Source: Candidatus Shapirobacteria bacterium (lineage in GTDB: Bacteria; Patescibacteriota; Microgenomatia; UBA12405). Taken from it: DNA of 64,000 nt. The stretch lies in assembly GCA_041659325.1 (NCBI GenBank), contig JBAZYN010000004.1:583-64582 (forward strand), given 5' to 3'. The notes under the pieces are model-generated. The model made no database searches and was not told where the DNA came from. It saw only the letters and a list, made by a program, of their open reading frames with translations. Below, piece after piece: positions 19,042 to 29,166 of this stretch; position 1 is the stretch's first letter; each line of letters starts with the position of its first letter. The position numbers were made by a program, and so were the translations under genes.

Positions 19042-20076
19042 ATGGCCACAAGCCGCCCCAAAATATCCGTGTTAATCCCTTGCTACAACGAGGGAAAATC
19101 GATCCGCGCCTGTGTTCAGTCTTGCCTTGATCAAACCCGACCATTCGATCAAATTCTTGTCGTCAACGATGGCAGTACCGACAATTCCGCCTCGGCTTTG
19201 AAAAAATTTGGCTCAAAAATCCAAGTTATCACTTTCGACAAGCCCTCGGGAAACAAAAGTTTCTGTCAGGAAAAAGGGCTAAAATACATTACAGGCGATA
19301 TTTTTGTCGCCACCGATGGCGATACAATTCTTGATAAAAACTTTGTTGAACTGATAAAAAATGATTTTGAAAACGAAAATGTCGCTGCCGTTGCTGGCTA
19401 TGTCAGGAGTATCCGCTACAACTGGTTGACTATGTGCCGAGCCTTTGACTATGTAATTGGCCAAAACATCCACAAACTCGCCCAAAAATATTTAGGTTAT
19501 ATTTTTGTCATTCCCGGCGCCGCCTCGGCTTTTAGGACTGAAATTTTTAGGGAATATATCAATTTTGATCACGATACCATTACCGAAGATCTCGATTTTA
19601 CCTATAAACTCCACAAAAACAATCTAAAAATTGCTTACGATAAAAAAGCAATCGTCTACACTCAGGATCCGGATACTCTTCGCTCATATATCGGTCAAAT
19701 GCGCCGTTGGTATGGTGGGGGCTGGCAAAATCTGGTTAAGCATCTCAACCAGGATGTGACCGAAAATCCGCGTATAGTCCTCGAGCTTTCCTTGATTTAC
19801 ATTGAAGGTCTGGTTTTTTCGATTCTTATTTTCATAGTTCCTCTGATAAATATACTTCTGGCTATTAAATTTTTCTTTTATTTATCAATCGTGGTCTTTA
19901 TAGAATCAATTTATGCCTCTTTCGTCGACAGAAGATCCGATTTGCTATTAGTCGTCTTTGTTTATCCTTTCATGATGTACATAAATAGCTTTGTCTCTCT
20001 GGAACAATTTATAAAAGAAGTCGTCCTTAAGCGGCGCAATTTAGTTTGGTATCATCCGGCCAGGAGGGAAATATGA
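19042..20076 (+). CDS. Processive GT2 glycosyltransferase (PgaC/IcaA/BcsA-like)
   Basis: IPCYNE, VNDGSTD, DGD, TEDLD and QMRRW (QxxRW); C-terminal TMs. Confidence 0.92.
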   Translation: MATSRPKISVLIPCYNEGKSIRACVQSCLDQTRPFDQILVVNDGSTDNSASALKKFGSKIQVITFDKPSGNKSFCQEKGLKYITGDIFVATDGDTILDKNFVELIKNDFENENVAAVAGYVRSIRYNWLTMCRAFDYVIGQNIHKLAQKYLGYIFVIPGAASAFRTEIFREYINFDHDTITEDLDFTYKLHKNNLKIAYDKKAIVYTQDPDTLRSYIGQMRRWYGGGWQNLVKHLNQDVTENPRIVLELSLIYIEGLVFSILIFIVPLINILLAIKFFFYLSIVVFIESIYASFVDRRSDLLLVVFVYPFMMYINSFVSLEQFIKEVVLKRRNLVWYHPARREI

Positions 20077-20186
20077 TATTTTTACCCGGACTGTCGCTGA
20101 TTATTCATCTCACCATTATCGCGATTAATCTGATTTATATGGTAATAAATAGGCTTACCTTCAAATCAAGACCTACATCAAAATGA
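20073..20186 (+). CDS. 37-aa single-pass membrane peptide (not in the ORF track)
   Basis: MIFLPGLSLIIHLTIIAINLIYMVINRLTFKSRPTSK*; ATGA overlaps with both the upstream GT2 stop and the downstream start. Confidence 0.65.
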   Translation: MIFLPGLSLIIHLTIIAINLIYMVINRLTFKSRPTSK

Positions 20187-20683
20187 AAAAAATATTATCA
20201 CTTCTAACTTTTTTTTCAATTACTTCGGCAGTAGTCTTAAGTGCCGGCATCATTCTCAACCTCTGCATCAAAAACGAACCTAACACTGTCCTTATCGCCC
20301 GTTTCATTGAGTCCCATTCCTCAACCGCTATTGCCCTCGTTAGAAACGATTCGGAGAACTCCACTGTTTTGGGTTCGTCCGATATTCAAAAACAGGCCGA
20401 TAATTCCGGTCTAAATGTCTCCTATGGCCTGCCCCAGAGTGTTTCAGTTTCGCCGGCCATTTGGGTTTTTCGCTCCGGTTGCTTCCCCAAATATCCTTCC
20501 GGAAAAGAAATCCGCTCTCTTGTTGACTATCTGGCCATCAACAATATCGACTATTCTTTTGAAAACAGATACAAACTCGCCCGTGAAAATGGTATAACTA
20601 ACTATCAGGGTACTCCATATCAAAACTTATTTTTGATAACCAGTTTGTCCGGCCAATACCCAGCATGTCTCACATCAAATTAA
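20183..20683 (+). CDS. Membrane-anchored protein with C-terminal DUF3597-like (endolysin-type cell-wall-binding) domain
   Basis: SLVDYLAINNIDYSFENRYKLARENGITNYQGTPYQNLFL matches the S-I-V-D-Y-L...S-F..R..L-A...G-I.N-Y.G-T..Q-N pattern. Confidence 0.65.
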   Translation: MKKILSLLTFFSITSAVVLSAGIILNLCIKNEPNTVLIARFIESHSSTAIALVRNDSENSTVLGSSDIQKQADNSGLNVSYGLPQSVSVSPAIWVFRSGCFPKYPSGKEIRSLVDYLAINNIDYSFENRYKLARENGITNYQGTPYQNLFLITSLSGQYPACLTSN

Positions 20684-23600
20684 ATTTTATAAAAATTTGT
20701 TTCTTACTTATAACCGCTCTGTTGTTGCGGTTTGGATTTTCGGAGCATGCCCTCGCCCAAACAGGAAACCTTATCGCCAACCCTTCGGTGGAAACAGCCA
20801 GTTCAACCGGAACCACTCCCCAGGATTGGTTTACTGACAAATGGGGGACAAATACGGCCGTCTTTAGCTACCCAGCCATGGGTTATTTGTCTGATCGGGC
20901 CGTCAAAGTTCAGCTGACCTCAAGATCAAGCGGCGATGCCAAGTGGTATTTCAAGGAAATTCCCGCTACTGCCAATACTAATTACACTTTTTCCGACTAC
21001 TATCAGTCAAACGTGGCCAGTGTCATTGTTGTTGCCACCAAGTTAACCACCGGTAGTTACAACTATCTTACTGTTGCCAACCTTGTCGCCGCCCCTGCCT
21101 GGACCAAAGCAAACGTCACTTTTAAAACACCGGCCAACACTTCCACCGTTACTGTTTATCATCTTATAAACAAAGTTGGTTGGCTAATTACCGACGAATT
21201 TTCTCTTATTTCTACTGTCTCTGTCACTCCCACCCCCACCCCCACTTTAGCTCCGACTCTGACCCCAACTTCTACCCCCACTTCCACCCCCACGATCACT
21301 TCCACGCCGACTCCAATAGTCACAATTATTCCCACCAACACCCCCACCCCCACTGCCACGGCTGTCCCTACGTCTACCTCCACCCCCATTCCGACAGCCA
21401 CTATCGCTCCCACCAACACTCCCACCCCTACCCCCACTCCTGTTACCAATCCTGTTTTGAATCCTTCACTCGAGCAAAACCGACCGACAAACACGAATTT
21501 ACCTATTAATTGGACAAAAGAGAAATGGGGGTCATCCAATACTACCTTTACCTACCTAAAAACCTCCGGCCACACCGGTACCCGATCCATAAAAGTCCAA
21601 ACCACCAGATACACTTCCGGTGATGCCAAGTGGACTTTTGATCCGGTTGCGGTCACCCCGGGCGAGTCCTATTATTTTTCCGACTGGTATCAATCAAATA
21701 TTGTCACCCACCTTGTCGTCAGGTTTACCCTGGCAAACGGCTCATATAGCTATCTCGGCCTTCGGGATGCCCCAATTTCTGCCGCCTGGGCCGAATACAA
21801 AGAGGCTTTTACGGTACCTGTTGGGGTTAAAGCCCTTTCGGTACTTCATTTTATAGACAGGGTCGGCTGGCTGATAACCGACGATTATTCGCTTCAAAAA
21901 TTTACCTCCTCCGGCTATGGGTTACCCCTGGTTTCTTTAACTTTTGACGATGGTTGGGAAGACAACACCCTTACTGCCATGCCACTTTTAAAACAAAACC
22001 AAATTCCGGTAACTTATTATTTTGCCACCACTTTTCTAGTCAATAGCCCCGCAACTGGCGCCATAAATGTCTCCGGTCCATCAGCTGTAAACTATATCTA
22101 CTCCGAGGGTCACGAAATCGGCTCCCATTCTGTTACTCACCCTGATCTAACCACCCTCACCTCTGCCCAAATCATCGCTGAAATCACCGATTCCAAAAAT
22201 TATCTGGAAAACCTTGTGGGTGTTGGCAAGGTTACTAGCTTTGCCACCCCCTTTGGTGCCTACAATGACACTGTTATCACTTCTCTTAAATCATCACTCT
22301 ATCGTAGCCACCGCACCACCGATGAGGGACCAAATACTCCCGAAAATTACGACCGCTATCGTTTAAAGGTTCAAAATCTTCAATCCACCACTACTTTATC
22401 TGAATTCCAAAGCTGGGTTGACCAGGCTGTCGCCGACAAATCCTGGCTGATTCTGGTTTATCATCGAATTGCTTCCTCCGACCTTACTCAATACGACACC
22501 AGTCTGACCGACTTTAATAACCATCTTTCATATCTCAAACAATCCGGAGTCGTCTTTAAAACGGTCAGCCAGGCAATCGACAGTATTGAAAATGTTGTTC
22601 CCACCGTCACAACTACTATTGCTCCCACTTCAACCAATACTCCAATCCCCACATCAACTTCCATTCCCACCGCCACTCCCACCTCGATCATCACCCCCAC
22701 CCCAACCACCGACCCGGCCCCCACCTCTACTCCGCTTCCCGTCTATCCCACGCCGACATATTTCCCGCAGCCGACAGCCGGCCCCAATCTAATCCTCAAC
22801 AATTCCCTCGAAATAGGCGATACTCTTAACTCCTCCCTGCCGGATAAGTGGCAAAAAAATAACTGGGGGACAAATACTACCGTCTTTACCTATCCAGTCC
22901 CAGCTATTGATGGCTCTGCCGCCGCCAAGACCGAAATTACCTCATTCACCGATGGTGATGGCAAATGGTATTTTAGTGATGTTGCCGTTACTCCCAACAC
23001 CGTTTATCAGTTTTCCGATCAATACCAATCAAACATTTCCTCCCGTATTACCGTCCGCTATTTTCATGATGACGGCACCTATACTTACGTTGATATCGGT
23101 AATGTGGTCGCTTCCGCCGATTGGTCCACTTTTACCGGCGAAATCACTATTCCTACCGATGTCCATTCGATTACCGTCTTTCACCTGATTGAAAGTATCG
23201 GCTGGATTATCACCGACAATTATTCTCTTCGTCAAAAAGCCGCTCCAATCCCTTTCAGCCAGGGGATGGTTTCCTTAACTTTTGACGACGGTTGGCTCTC
23301 AGTTTATCAAAATGCTATTCCCGCCCTCAATGCCGCCGGTTTTAAAAGTACTCAATATATCACCACTAGCTTTTTGGGGACTACCGATTATATGAGCGTC
23401 GACAACGTTTTGGCCATGCAGATTTCTGGCCACGAAATCGCTAGTCACTCCCTCAGTCATCTCCAACTGCCCACCCTAAACGAGTCTCAAATCCGTCAAG
23501 AGGTTTCCGACTCCCGAGTGACTCTCCTTGGCATGGGCTTTTCTCTGGTCAAATCATTTGCTTATCCGTACGGTGAATATAATGATCTAATTCTTCGCAT

Positions 23601-23916
23601 CACCAAGGAATCCGGCTATACCACTGCCCGCACCGCCGTCCCCTTCGATTCGGGATACAACTATAAACATACCGACCCTTTCATGCTCAAAAACTTTTCC
23701 GTAGAAGTCGATACCACCCTCGACCAAGTCAAAACTTGGATAGATACCGCCAACCAAAACAAGACCTGGTCAATTCTGGTTTTCCATCAGGTGGATACCA
23801 GTGGCGGCCAGTATTCTATCAGCCCAACCTTGCTCCAAGGTATTGTCGATTATCTTACCCAAACCGGTACCAGTGTTGTTACCGTCAGCCAAGGCCTTGG
23901 CCAAATGCTCAATTGA
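20665..23916 (+). CDS. Secreted polysaccharide deacetylase with two CE4/NodB domains and three CBM4/9-like modules
   Basis: TFDDG + HSxxH + (F/Y)G + LV(Y/F)H occur twice; three N.S.E...W...WG.N...GD.KW.F modules; Pro/Thr linkers. Confidence 0.88.
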   Translation: MSHIKLNFIKICFLLITALLLRFGFSEHALAQTGNLIANPSVETASSTGTTPQDWFTDKWGTNTAVFSYPAMGYLSDRAVKVQLTSRSSGDAKWYFKEIPATANTNYTFSDYYQSNVASVIVVATKLTTGSYNYLTVANLVAAPAWTKANVTFKTPANTSTVTVYHLINKVGWLITDEFSLISTVSVTPTPTPTLAPTLTPTSTPTSTPTITSTPTPIVTIIPTNTPTPTATAVPTSTSTPIPTATIAPTNTPTPTPTPVTNPVLNPSLEQNRPTNTNLPINWTKEKWGSSNTTFTYLKTSGHTGTRSIKVQTTRYTSGDAKWTFDPVAVTPGESYYFSDWYQSNIVTHLVVRFTLANGSYSYLGLRDAPISAAWAEYKEAFTVPVGVKALSVLHFIDRVGWLITDDYSLQKFTSSGYGLPLVSLTFDDGWEDNTLTAMPLLKQNQIPVTYYFATTFLVNSPATGAINVSGPSAVNYIYSEGHEIGSHSVTHPDLTTLTSAQIIAEITDSKNYLENLVGVGKVTSFATPFGAYNDTVITSLKSSLYRSHRTTDEGPNTPENYDRYRLKVQNLQSTTTLSEFQSWVDQAVADKSWLILVYHRIASSDLTQYDTSLTDFNNHLSYLKQSGVVFKTVSQAIDSIENVVPTVTTTIAPTSTNTPIPTSTSIPTATPTSIITPTPTTDPAPTSTPLPVYPTPTYFPQPTAGPNLILNNSLEIGDTLNSSLPDKWQKNNWGTNTTVFTYPVPAIDGSAAAKTEITSFTDGDGKWYFSDVAVTPNTVYQFSDQYQSNISSRITVRYFHDDGTYTYVDIGNVVASADWSTFTGEITIPTDVHSITVFHLIESIGWIITDNYSLRQKAAPIPFSQGMVSLTFDDGWLSVYQNAIPALNAAGFKSTQYITTSFLGTTDYMSVDNVLAMQISGHEIASHSLSHLQLPTLNESQIRQEVSDSRVTLLGMGFSLVKSFAYPYGEYNDLILRITKESGYTTARTAVPFDSGYNYKHTDPFMLKNFSVEVDTTLDQVKTWIDTANQNKTWSILVFHQVDTSGGQYSISPTLLQGIVDYLTQTGTSVVTVSQGLGQMLN

Positions 23917-24961
23917 GGATACTTTTAAACGCCTCCAAAGAATTTGTGTCAGACCACACCCGCCAATCCTTTTCTTTGTTTTCATTAAACCAAATAAAGC
24001 CCTGTACTTTTGGGTGTTTATAAATTTCTTTCCCCAAACCTTCTTTAATCCAGTTTGCCTTTTCCTGTCCGTCGGCACACGCCATAGAAAAAATCATTAT
24101 TGGTTTATCCAGGGTTTCCAGGGTTTCAAGCCCGTCGTTAAACACTCTCGCAAAGCTGACCCAGGGGTTATCAAAATTAAACCCGTTGATACCCAAAATA
24201 TCAACCGCTTCGTTCCCCGGATAAAAGTCCATAATCCGGTTACCATCCACCTCGGGGCTTGATTCACCATTGACCGCCCAGCCAAATTTTACGTTATTTA
24301 TGCCCCCAAAAAATTTTTTTACGTATCTGTAGGCCGCAATATGTTTGGCCGCCGAATTGCCATTTTTTGTCCCCGACCACGGGTACCAATCTCCATTCAT
24401 TTCTTCAAACGGAATCAGGATAACTTCCCCTCCAAAGTTTTTGGTCTGTTTTGCAAAGTCAGCAATATATTTATCCCAGTCGCCTCTCAAAATTGCATCG
24501 TAATTATATTTCGGGTCTTCGGTTGTCTCCTTGTTGTAGTCCATTGCTTCCCAAAAAAGCACCAATGTTTTCCCGCGGCTTTTTGTAAAATTTCCCAAGT
24601 CAAGGGGCAGTTCATTTTCATTTCCCCAGTGGACAAATGTGGCCACAAAATCCATTTGTTTTCCTACTTTAGATTCAAAATTATTCACTTCTTCCACTTG
24701 CCACCCGGTATAGGCACCCCACTTTAGCTTACTTTTATAAATCGTCTTTGTCGGAGCCAATGTTGCTGTCGCTACCACTACAGTTGTGGGTAAAACCGTT
24801 GGGATTATGGTAGCTTCTGTTACCTCTTCCGTCGGTACCGGGGTTGGCAAAGGCAACTGATCGGTTTTTTTTGGGCTTTTCCTCATATAACCGATTATCA
24901 ATAGAAATATTACCAAACCAACGGCAAAAAATGCTGATAATATCTGCCTCTTTCTGCTCAT
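23909..24961 (-). CDS. GH26-like membrane-anchored glycoside hydrolase
   Basis: ILRGDWDKYI, FEEMNGDWYPW, FYPGNEAVDILGINGFN and FIWFNENKE; start moved to ATG 24961 (TATAAT + 6 nt). Confidence 0.85.
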   Translation of the reverse strand: MSRKRQILSAFFAVGLVIFLLIIGYMRKSPKKTDQLPLPTPVPTEEVTEATIIPTVLPTTVVVATATLAPTKTIYKSKLKWGAYTGWQVEEVNNFESKVGKQMDFVATFVHWGNENELPLDLGNFTKSRGKTLVLFWEAMDYNKETTEDPKYNYDAILRGDWDKYIADFAKQTKNFGGEVILIPFEEMNGDWYPWSGTKNGNSAAKHIAAYRYVKKFFGGINNVKFGWAVNGESSPEVDGNRIMDFYPGNEAVDILGINGFNFDNPWVSFARVFNDGLETLETLDKPIMIFSMACADGQEKANWIKEGLGKEIYKHPKVQGFIWFNENKEKDWRVWSDTNSLEAFKSILN

Positions 24962-25048
24962 GCAGTTATTATACCGCATATCATCTCAAAGACCCCCGTT
25001 TCCGTCGTCAAAAATATAAGCCATATATTATGTTACGATTAATTCATC

Positions 25049-26266
25049 GTGGAAAAAGCAAAAACAAGATTCCGCTCCTTTTGGCTACCGGTTTTCGGGG
25101 TATTTATGTTACTGGCAACTTTCTGGCTATCGCTGTCCAAAATTTATCAAAAACTTCAAAACCTTCAAAATACAAATACAGATCTGAATCAACAGATATT
25201 AGTTAACAATCAACAAATTGCCAAAAACAATGAAACCGCTAAAAATATTCAGGCGGAAAACGAAACGTTAAAAAATGAGGACCTTCGCCAAACAAACGGC
25301 AGTGTCAAAAAAGAAATTCAAGATTTGAAAACCAGTTTCAAAACCACCCTGACCTCGTACGAAGAAATTCTCGATCTACAAGATCGCGGATCAAAAATAA
25401 CTTCCCTCCAAAGTAAATTTTCCTCAGTCCTCAGCTTTTTGGCCAAAGATGACCTCGCTTCGGCTCAAAAAACAGCAACTGAGCTATCGGCAGAAATTAC
25501 CAAAGAAAAAACAAAATTAGCCTCTCTTGCCGCCGCTCCTATTCCGGCCAATGTTCCGGAAATTAACCAAGCTCCCGCTTCCGGGTATCGGAGGCAAAAA
25601 GTAACCATTGGTGACTCCTCGTATATGGTAAGCATTGTCTCGGCGGATCTCAATAGTACCAAAGTAATCGTCGACACTGCCTCAGATGGCACCTGCGCCA
25701 ACAACTGTCCTGTTTTGCCTCTGGCCACTTACGTCAGCCGCAGTGGCGCCTATGCCGGTATCAACGGCAGTTATTTTTGCCCCGAAACTTATCCTTCCTG
25801 CGCCGACAAGAAAAATTCATTTGACACCCTACTAATGAACAAAAATAAGGTCTATTTCAATTCCGACAACAATGTTTACAGCACCGTTCCGGTCGCCATA
25901 TTTTCCGGTAATTCCGGCAGGTTTATCGGCCAGTCTTCCGGATGGGGGCGAGATACCGGGGCCGATGCTGTGATTGCCAATCGGCCTCTTTTGGTTTTAG
26001 ATGGGAACATCATGTTTGGCGGTGGCAGCGACCAAAAAGAATCAGCCAAAGGTAATAGAAGTTTTCTGGGATCATCAGGCAATATTGGTTATATTGGGGT
26101 TGTCCATAATTCCACCGTCGCCGAATGTGCCAAAGTTTTACAGGCGATGGGCATAAAAAATGCCATCAATCTGGATTCCGGTGGCTCCACCGCCCTCTGG
26201 CATGGTGGTTACAAATTAGGCCCCGGCCGCAATCTTCCCAATGTCGTTCTGTTCGTGAAAAAGTAG
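25049..26266 (+). CDS. Phosphodiester glycosidase (NAGPA-like) with N-terminal TM and coiled coil
   Basis: AGINGSYF, RSFLG, AINLDSGGST and RNLPNVV. Confidence 0.85.
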   Translation: MEKAKTRFRSFWLPVFGVFMLLATFWLSLSKIYQKLQNLQNTNTDLNQQILVNNQQIAKNNETAKNIQAENETLKNEDLRQTNGSVKKEIQDLKTSFKTTLTSYEEILDLQDRGSKITSLQSKFSSVLSFLAKDDLASAQKTATELSAEITKEKTKLASLAAAPIPANVPEINQAPASGYRRQKVTIGDSSYMVSIVSADLNSTKVIVDTASDGTCANNCPVLPLATYVSRSGAYAGINGSYFCPETYPSCADKKNSFDTLLMNKNKVYFNSDNNVYSTVPVAIFSGNSGRFIGQSSGWGRDTGADAVIANRPLLVLDGNIMFGGGSDQKESAKGNRSFLGSSGNIGYIGVVHNSTVAECAKVLQAMGIKNAINLDSGGSTALWHGGYKLGPGRNLPNVVLFVKK

Positions 26267-26289
26267 CAAATAAATTGTATATTTATCCT

Positions 26290-26748
26290 ATGGATGATTG
26301 TATTTTTTGTAAAATCGTAAAAGGTGAGTCACCATGTCACAAGATCTGGGAAGACGACAAGCACCTGGCTTTTCTGTCAATATTTCCAAACACTCCGGGC
26401 TTTAGTGTTGTCATTACCAAGGAGCACTATTCCAGTTACGCCTTTGACCTTCCCGACCAAGTTTTAACGGAACTAATGCTTTCAGTCAAAAAAGTTGCCA
26501 AGTTAATAGACTCCAAGTTAGCAGATGTCGGTCGGACCGGCATGATTTTCGAGGGCTTTGGTGTCGATCACATTCACGCCAAGCTTTTCCCCATGCACGG
26601 CACCGCCTCTCACTCCGAGTGGAAAAAATACGAATCACACGTCGACAAATATTTCGACCATTACGAAGGTTATATCTCCTCTCACAATTCCAAACGAGCC
26701 CCCGACTCCGACCTTGCGAAACTGGCAGAAATTATTAGAGATAAATAG
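26290..26748 (+). CDS. HIT family protein
   Basis: MDDCIFCKIV, AFLSIFPNTPG and VDHIHAK; start ATG 26290. Confidence 0.9.
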   Translation: MDDCIFCKIVKGESPCHKIWEDDKHLAFLSIFPNTPGFSVVITKEHYSSYAFDLPDQVLTELMLSVKKVAKLIDSKLADVGRTGMIFEGFGVDHIHAKLFPMHGTASHSEWKKYESHVDKYFDHYEGYISSHNSKRAPDSDLAKLAEIIRDK

Positions 26749-26802
26749 TTATGCTTGCCCTTCAAATCTAATAAACCTTCCTTGATTTGTTATCATGGTT
26801 TT

Positions 26803-27261
26803 GTGAAAACCGTAATTATTTATCAGTCTTTCCATCATCAAAATACCCAAAATATTGTCAAATATATTGCAGACAAGTATCCGGTTAAACTACTGAATAT
26901 TTCCCGGGCAACCTCTGATTTAGTTAATAGATACGACCGGATTATTTTAGCCGGTGGTATATATTTTGGCAAACCCCACCGCTTATTTTCTGAGATTATT
27001 CCCAAATTAAAAATTAAAAATAAAAACATTTTTCTGATTACCACCAGTGGCCTTGTCAGTCTTCCCCTCATAAATGATTACCACAAAAACTTTAAATTAT
27101 TGTTCAATAAATCCGGGTTGAATATCAAATCATGGTTTGAAACCCGCGGTTTCGATACTTATCCATTTTTTGTTAAACCTTTCGGCGGTATAAACAAAAA
27201 CAGACCTAATCACAATGATTTAATCAAGGCTTTAAAGTGGTTTCGCAGTCTGGACTTATAA
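26803..27261 (+). CDS. Flavodoxin-like protein
   Basis: IIYQSFHHQNT, GGIYFG, TSG, GFDT and GGINKNRPN; GTG start 6 nt after TATCAT. Confidence 0.82.
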   Translation: MKTVIIYQSFHHQNTQNIVKYIADKYPVKLLNISRATSDLVNRYDRIILAGGIYFGKPHRLFSEIIPKLKIKNKNIFLITTSGLVSLPLINDYHKNFKLLFNKSGLNIKSWFETRGFDTYPFFVKPFGGINKNRPNHNDLIKALKWFRSLDL

Positions 27262-27807
27262 TCGGATAAATCCAAGCCACAAGGTCAACCCCATCGAATA
27301 AATTACCAATAGAGGAAACACTACCCATTTTTCCACCCATCTACCGGTGTGGATTCTAAGTTTTTTCCATGGCGGAAATCCGAACTTCCACCTGATCGGG
27401 AACAAAAGCGGTAGCCCCTCTTCGGTTAATCCGTCCAGAATCATATGTGACACGTATCCCGTAAGCATTGCAAAAACTACAGAGTCCGTATTAACAAAAT
27501 CTCTGTTAAGTAAATTCGGAATTAGCCACATCGACCCCTTGTAGACCAAAAATATTCCCAACAGTGAATGAGACAGCGACCGGTGACCCAAAAATAATTT
27601 TCCAAAAACTTTCCCAAATACATGTCCAATGGGTAACAAATCCCACAATCGGTTTGACACTTGATCCATGTCAGGCAACAACGCCCCGACCACATTGGCG
27701 ATCAGTGCCGTTATCGCCGTTGCTGTCGATATCCCTCCGACATGCAGATAGGCTACTACCGTCAATAATGCTGCAAATGCCCCTATTTGATGAGTTCTAA
27801 ATGTCAT
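27256..27807 (-). CDS. Metal-dependent membrane hydrolase (YdjM-like)
   Basis: TH, GALLPDMD, GHRSLSHS and SHMILDGLT..G.PLLFP. Confidence 0.9.
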   Translation of the reverse strand: MTFRTHQIGAFAALLTVVAYLHVGGISTATAITALIANVVGALLPDMDQVSNRLWDLLPIGHVFGKVFGKLFLGHRSLSHSLLGIFLVYKGSMWLIPNLLNRDFVNTDSVVFAMLTGYVSHMILDGLTEEGLPLLFPIRWKFGFPPWKKLRIHTGRWVEKWVVFPLLVIYSMGLTLWLGFIRL

Positions 27808-27863
27808 TGGTCTAGTATAGTCATTTTACAAACCAAATAAATCTTATAAACTAACACTACTCT

Positions 27864-29108
27864 ATGTTAAATCCGAAAAAATATAGTCCGAGAAATTTCG
27901 AGGTTATTGATACCACCCTAAGGGAAGGTATCCAAAGTCCTCTTCTGGCAGACGTAGGTAAATATCACCTTTCTTCGGGCGAAAGAATCGACCTTACCCT
28001 TAATCTGATGAAATATGGCGTTCGGTTTTTAGAGGTTTTTTCTCCTATTGTAAACGAAAAAGAAGAAGGTCACTTAGCCCTTTTGATCAAAGCACGCGAT
28101 GGCTTTTACAAAGAAACCGGTCATTCGGTTTTTATTCTCGCCCACGTCCGTTGCCACCCCTCCGATGTTGAAATGGCCATTAAATCAGGAGTTGATGGCC
28201 TTAATTTTTACATGGGTACATCAGAAGAAAGCCAAAATTATAATCATGGTAAAAAAATTGATGAAATAATAAATACCCTTCGCCCTCTCCTTAGTGAAAT
28301 AAGGAAAAATCACCCTGACCTTTTATTGCGTTTCAGTGGTGAAGATGCCTTCAGAACCCCACTCGAAGATTTGTATGAGGTCTACGATTCAGTCGTTGAT
28401 CTGGTTGACAGGTTGGGTACTCCCGATACAGTCGGAATCGCTACCCCGGCGCAGGTGGAAGCGCGGGTACTTGCCCTTAAGAAAAGATATCCCAAAACCC
28501 CTCTGGAAGGTCACTTCCACAACGACCGCGGATACTCTCTGATCAATACCGTTACCGCCGTAAAGGCCGGAATGCAATATATCCAAACTTCAGTGATGGG
28601 TATCGGCGAGAGATCGGGGATTACCTCACTTACCGGGCTTTTGTGTAACCTTTATCTGGATGATCCAAAATCAATAGAGGGTTTTAGTCTCGAGCAATCC
28701 TATCCACTAAACGTTTTTTTATCAAGCGTTGTCGGGATACAGGTTCCTACCACCGAGCCAGTAAGTCTGACCAACCGGACTCACTCAGCTGGTCCCCACA
28801 CGTCGGCCGTCATTAAAAATTCCAGTGCCTACGAAGGCCACGATCTGTCTGTATTTGGCGTAAACGACCGTCGGCTTCTTTTGGGTCCGTTAAGTGGCAG
28901 GCATATAATAAAATACTATCTTACTAACGTATTGAATTTTCTTAATGTCACCGACGAAATAGCAAACGACATCGCTTCAGAGTTCAAGCTAAAAACCGGA
29001 GAAATAAAAAGCGGTAAAACTCCGACTCAGTTTCTTGAGCAGCTGGCCGCCACCCATAAATTGCAGAAACTTTCAAAGCCTGTCTCCCACCGGGAAAACT
29101 TGGGGTAA
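27864..29108 (+). CDS. Homocitrate synthase (Thermus/fungal type, DRE-TIM family)
   Basis: IDTTLREG, ILAHVRC, RFSGEDAFR, DTVG, HFHND, GIGER and HSAGPH...YE. Confidence 0.8.
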   Translation: MLNPKKYSPRNFEVIDTTLREGIQSPLLADVGKYHLSSGERIDLTLNLMKYGVRFLEVFSPIVNEKEEGHLALLIKARDGFYKETGHSVFILAHVRCHPSDVEMAIKSGVDGLNFYMGTSEESQNYNHGKKIDEIINTLRPLLSEIRKNHPDLLLRFSGEDAFRTPLEDLYEVYDSVVDLVDRLGTPDTVGIATPAQVEARVLALKKRYPKTPLEGHFHNDRGYSLINTVTAVKAGMQYIQTSVMGIGERSGITSLTGLLCNLYLDDPKSIEGFSLEQSYPLNVFLSSVVGIQVPTTEPVSLTNRTHSAGPHTSAVIKNSSAYEGHDLSVFGVNDRRLLLGPLSGRHIIKYYLTNVLNFLNVTDEIANDIASEFKLKTGEIKSGKTPTQFLEQLAATHKLQKLSKPVSHRENLG

Positions 29109-29129
29109 AACAAAGCCGGCTTTTCCCGG

Positions 29130-29158
29130 TTGACTACTGAGAATATTTTACCTATTCT
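29130..29158 (+). promoter_or_regulatory. Sigma70 promoter of the metK leader
   Basis: TTGACT (29130-35), 17 bp, TATTCT (29153-58); the predicted start falls just before riboswitch P1. Confidence 0.7.
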
Positions 29159-29166
29159 AAGTATTA

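Noticed and set aside
17924-22724. Minus-strand VGVG-rich ORFs (17924-18217, 21159-21539, 22488-22724; also 58975-59442)
   Set aside because: They are antisense shadows of Pro/Thr linker codons in real plus-strand genes.
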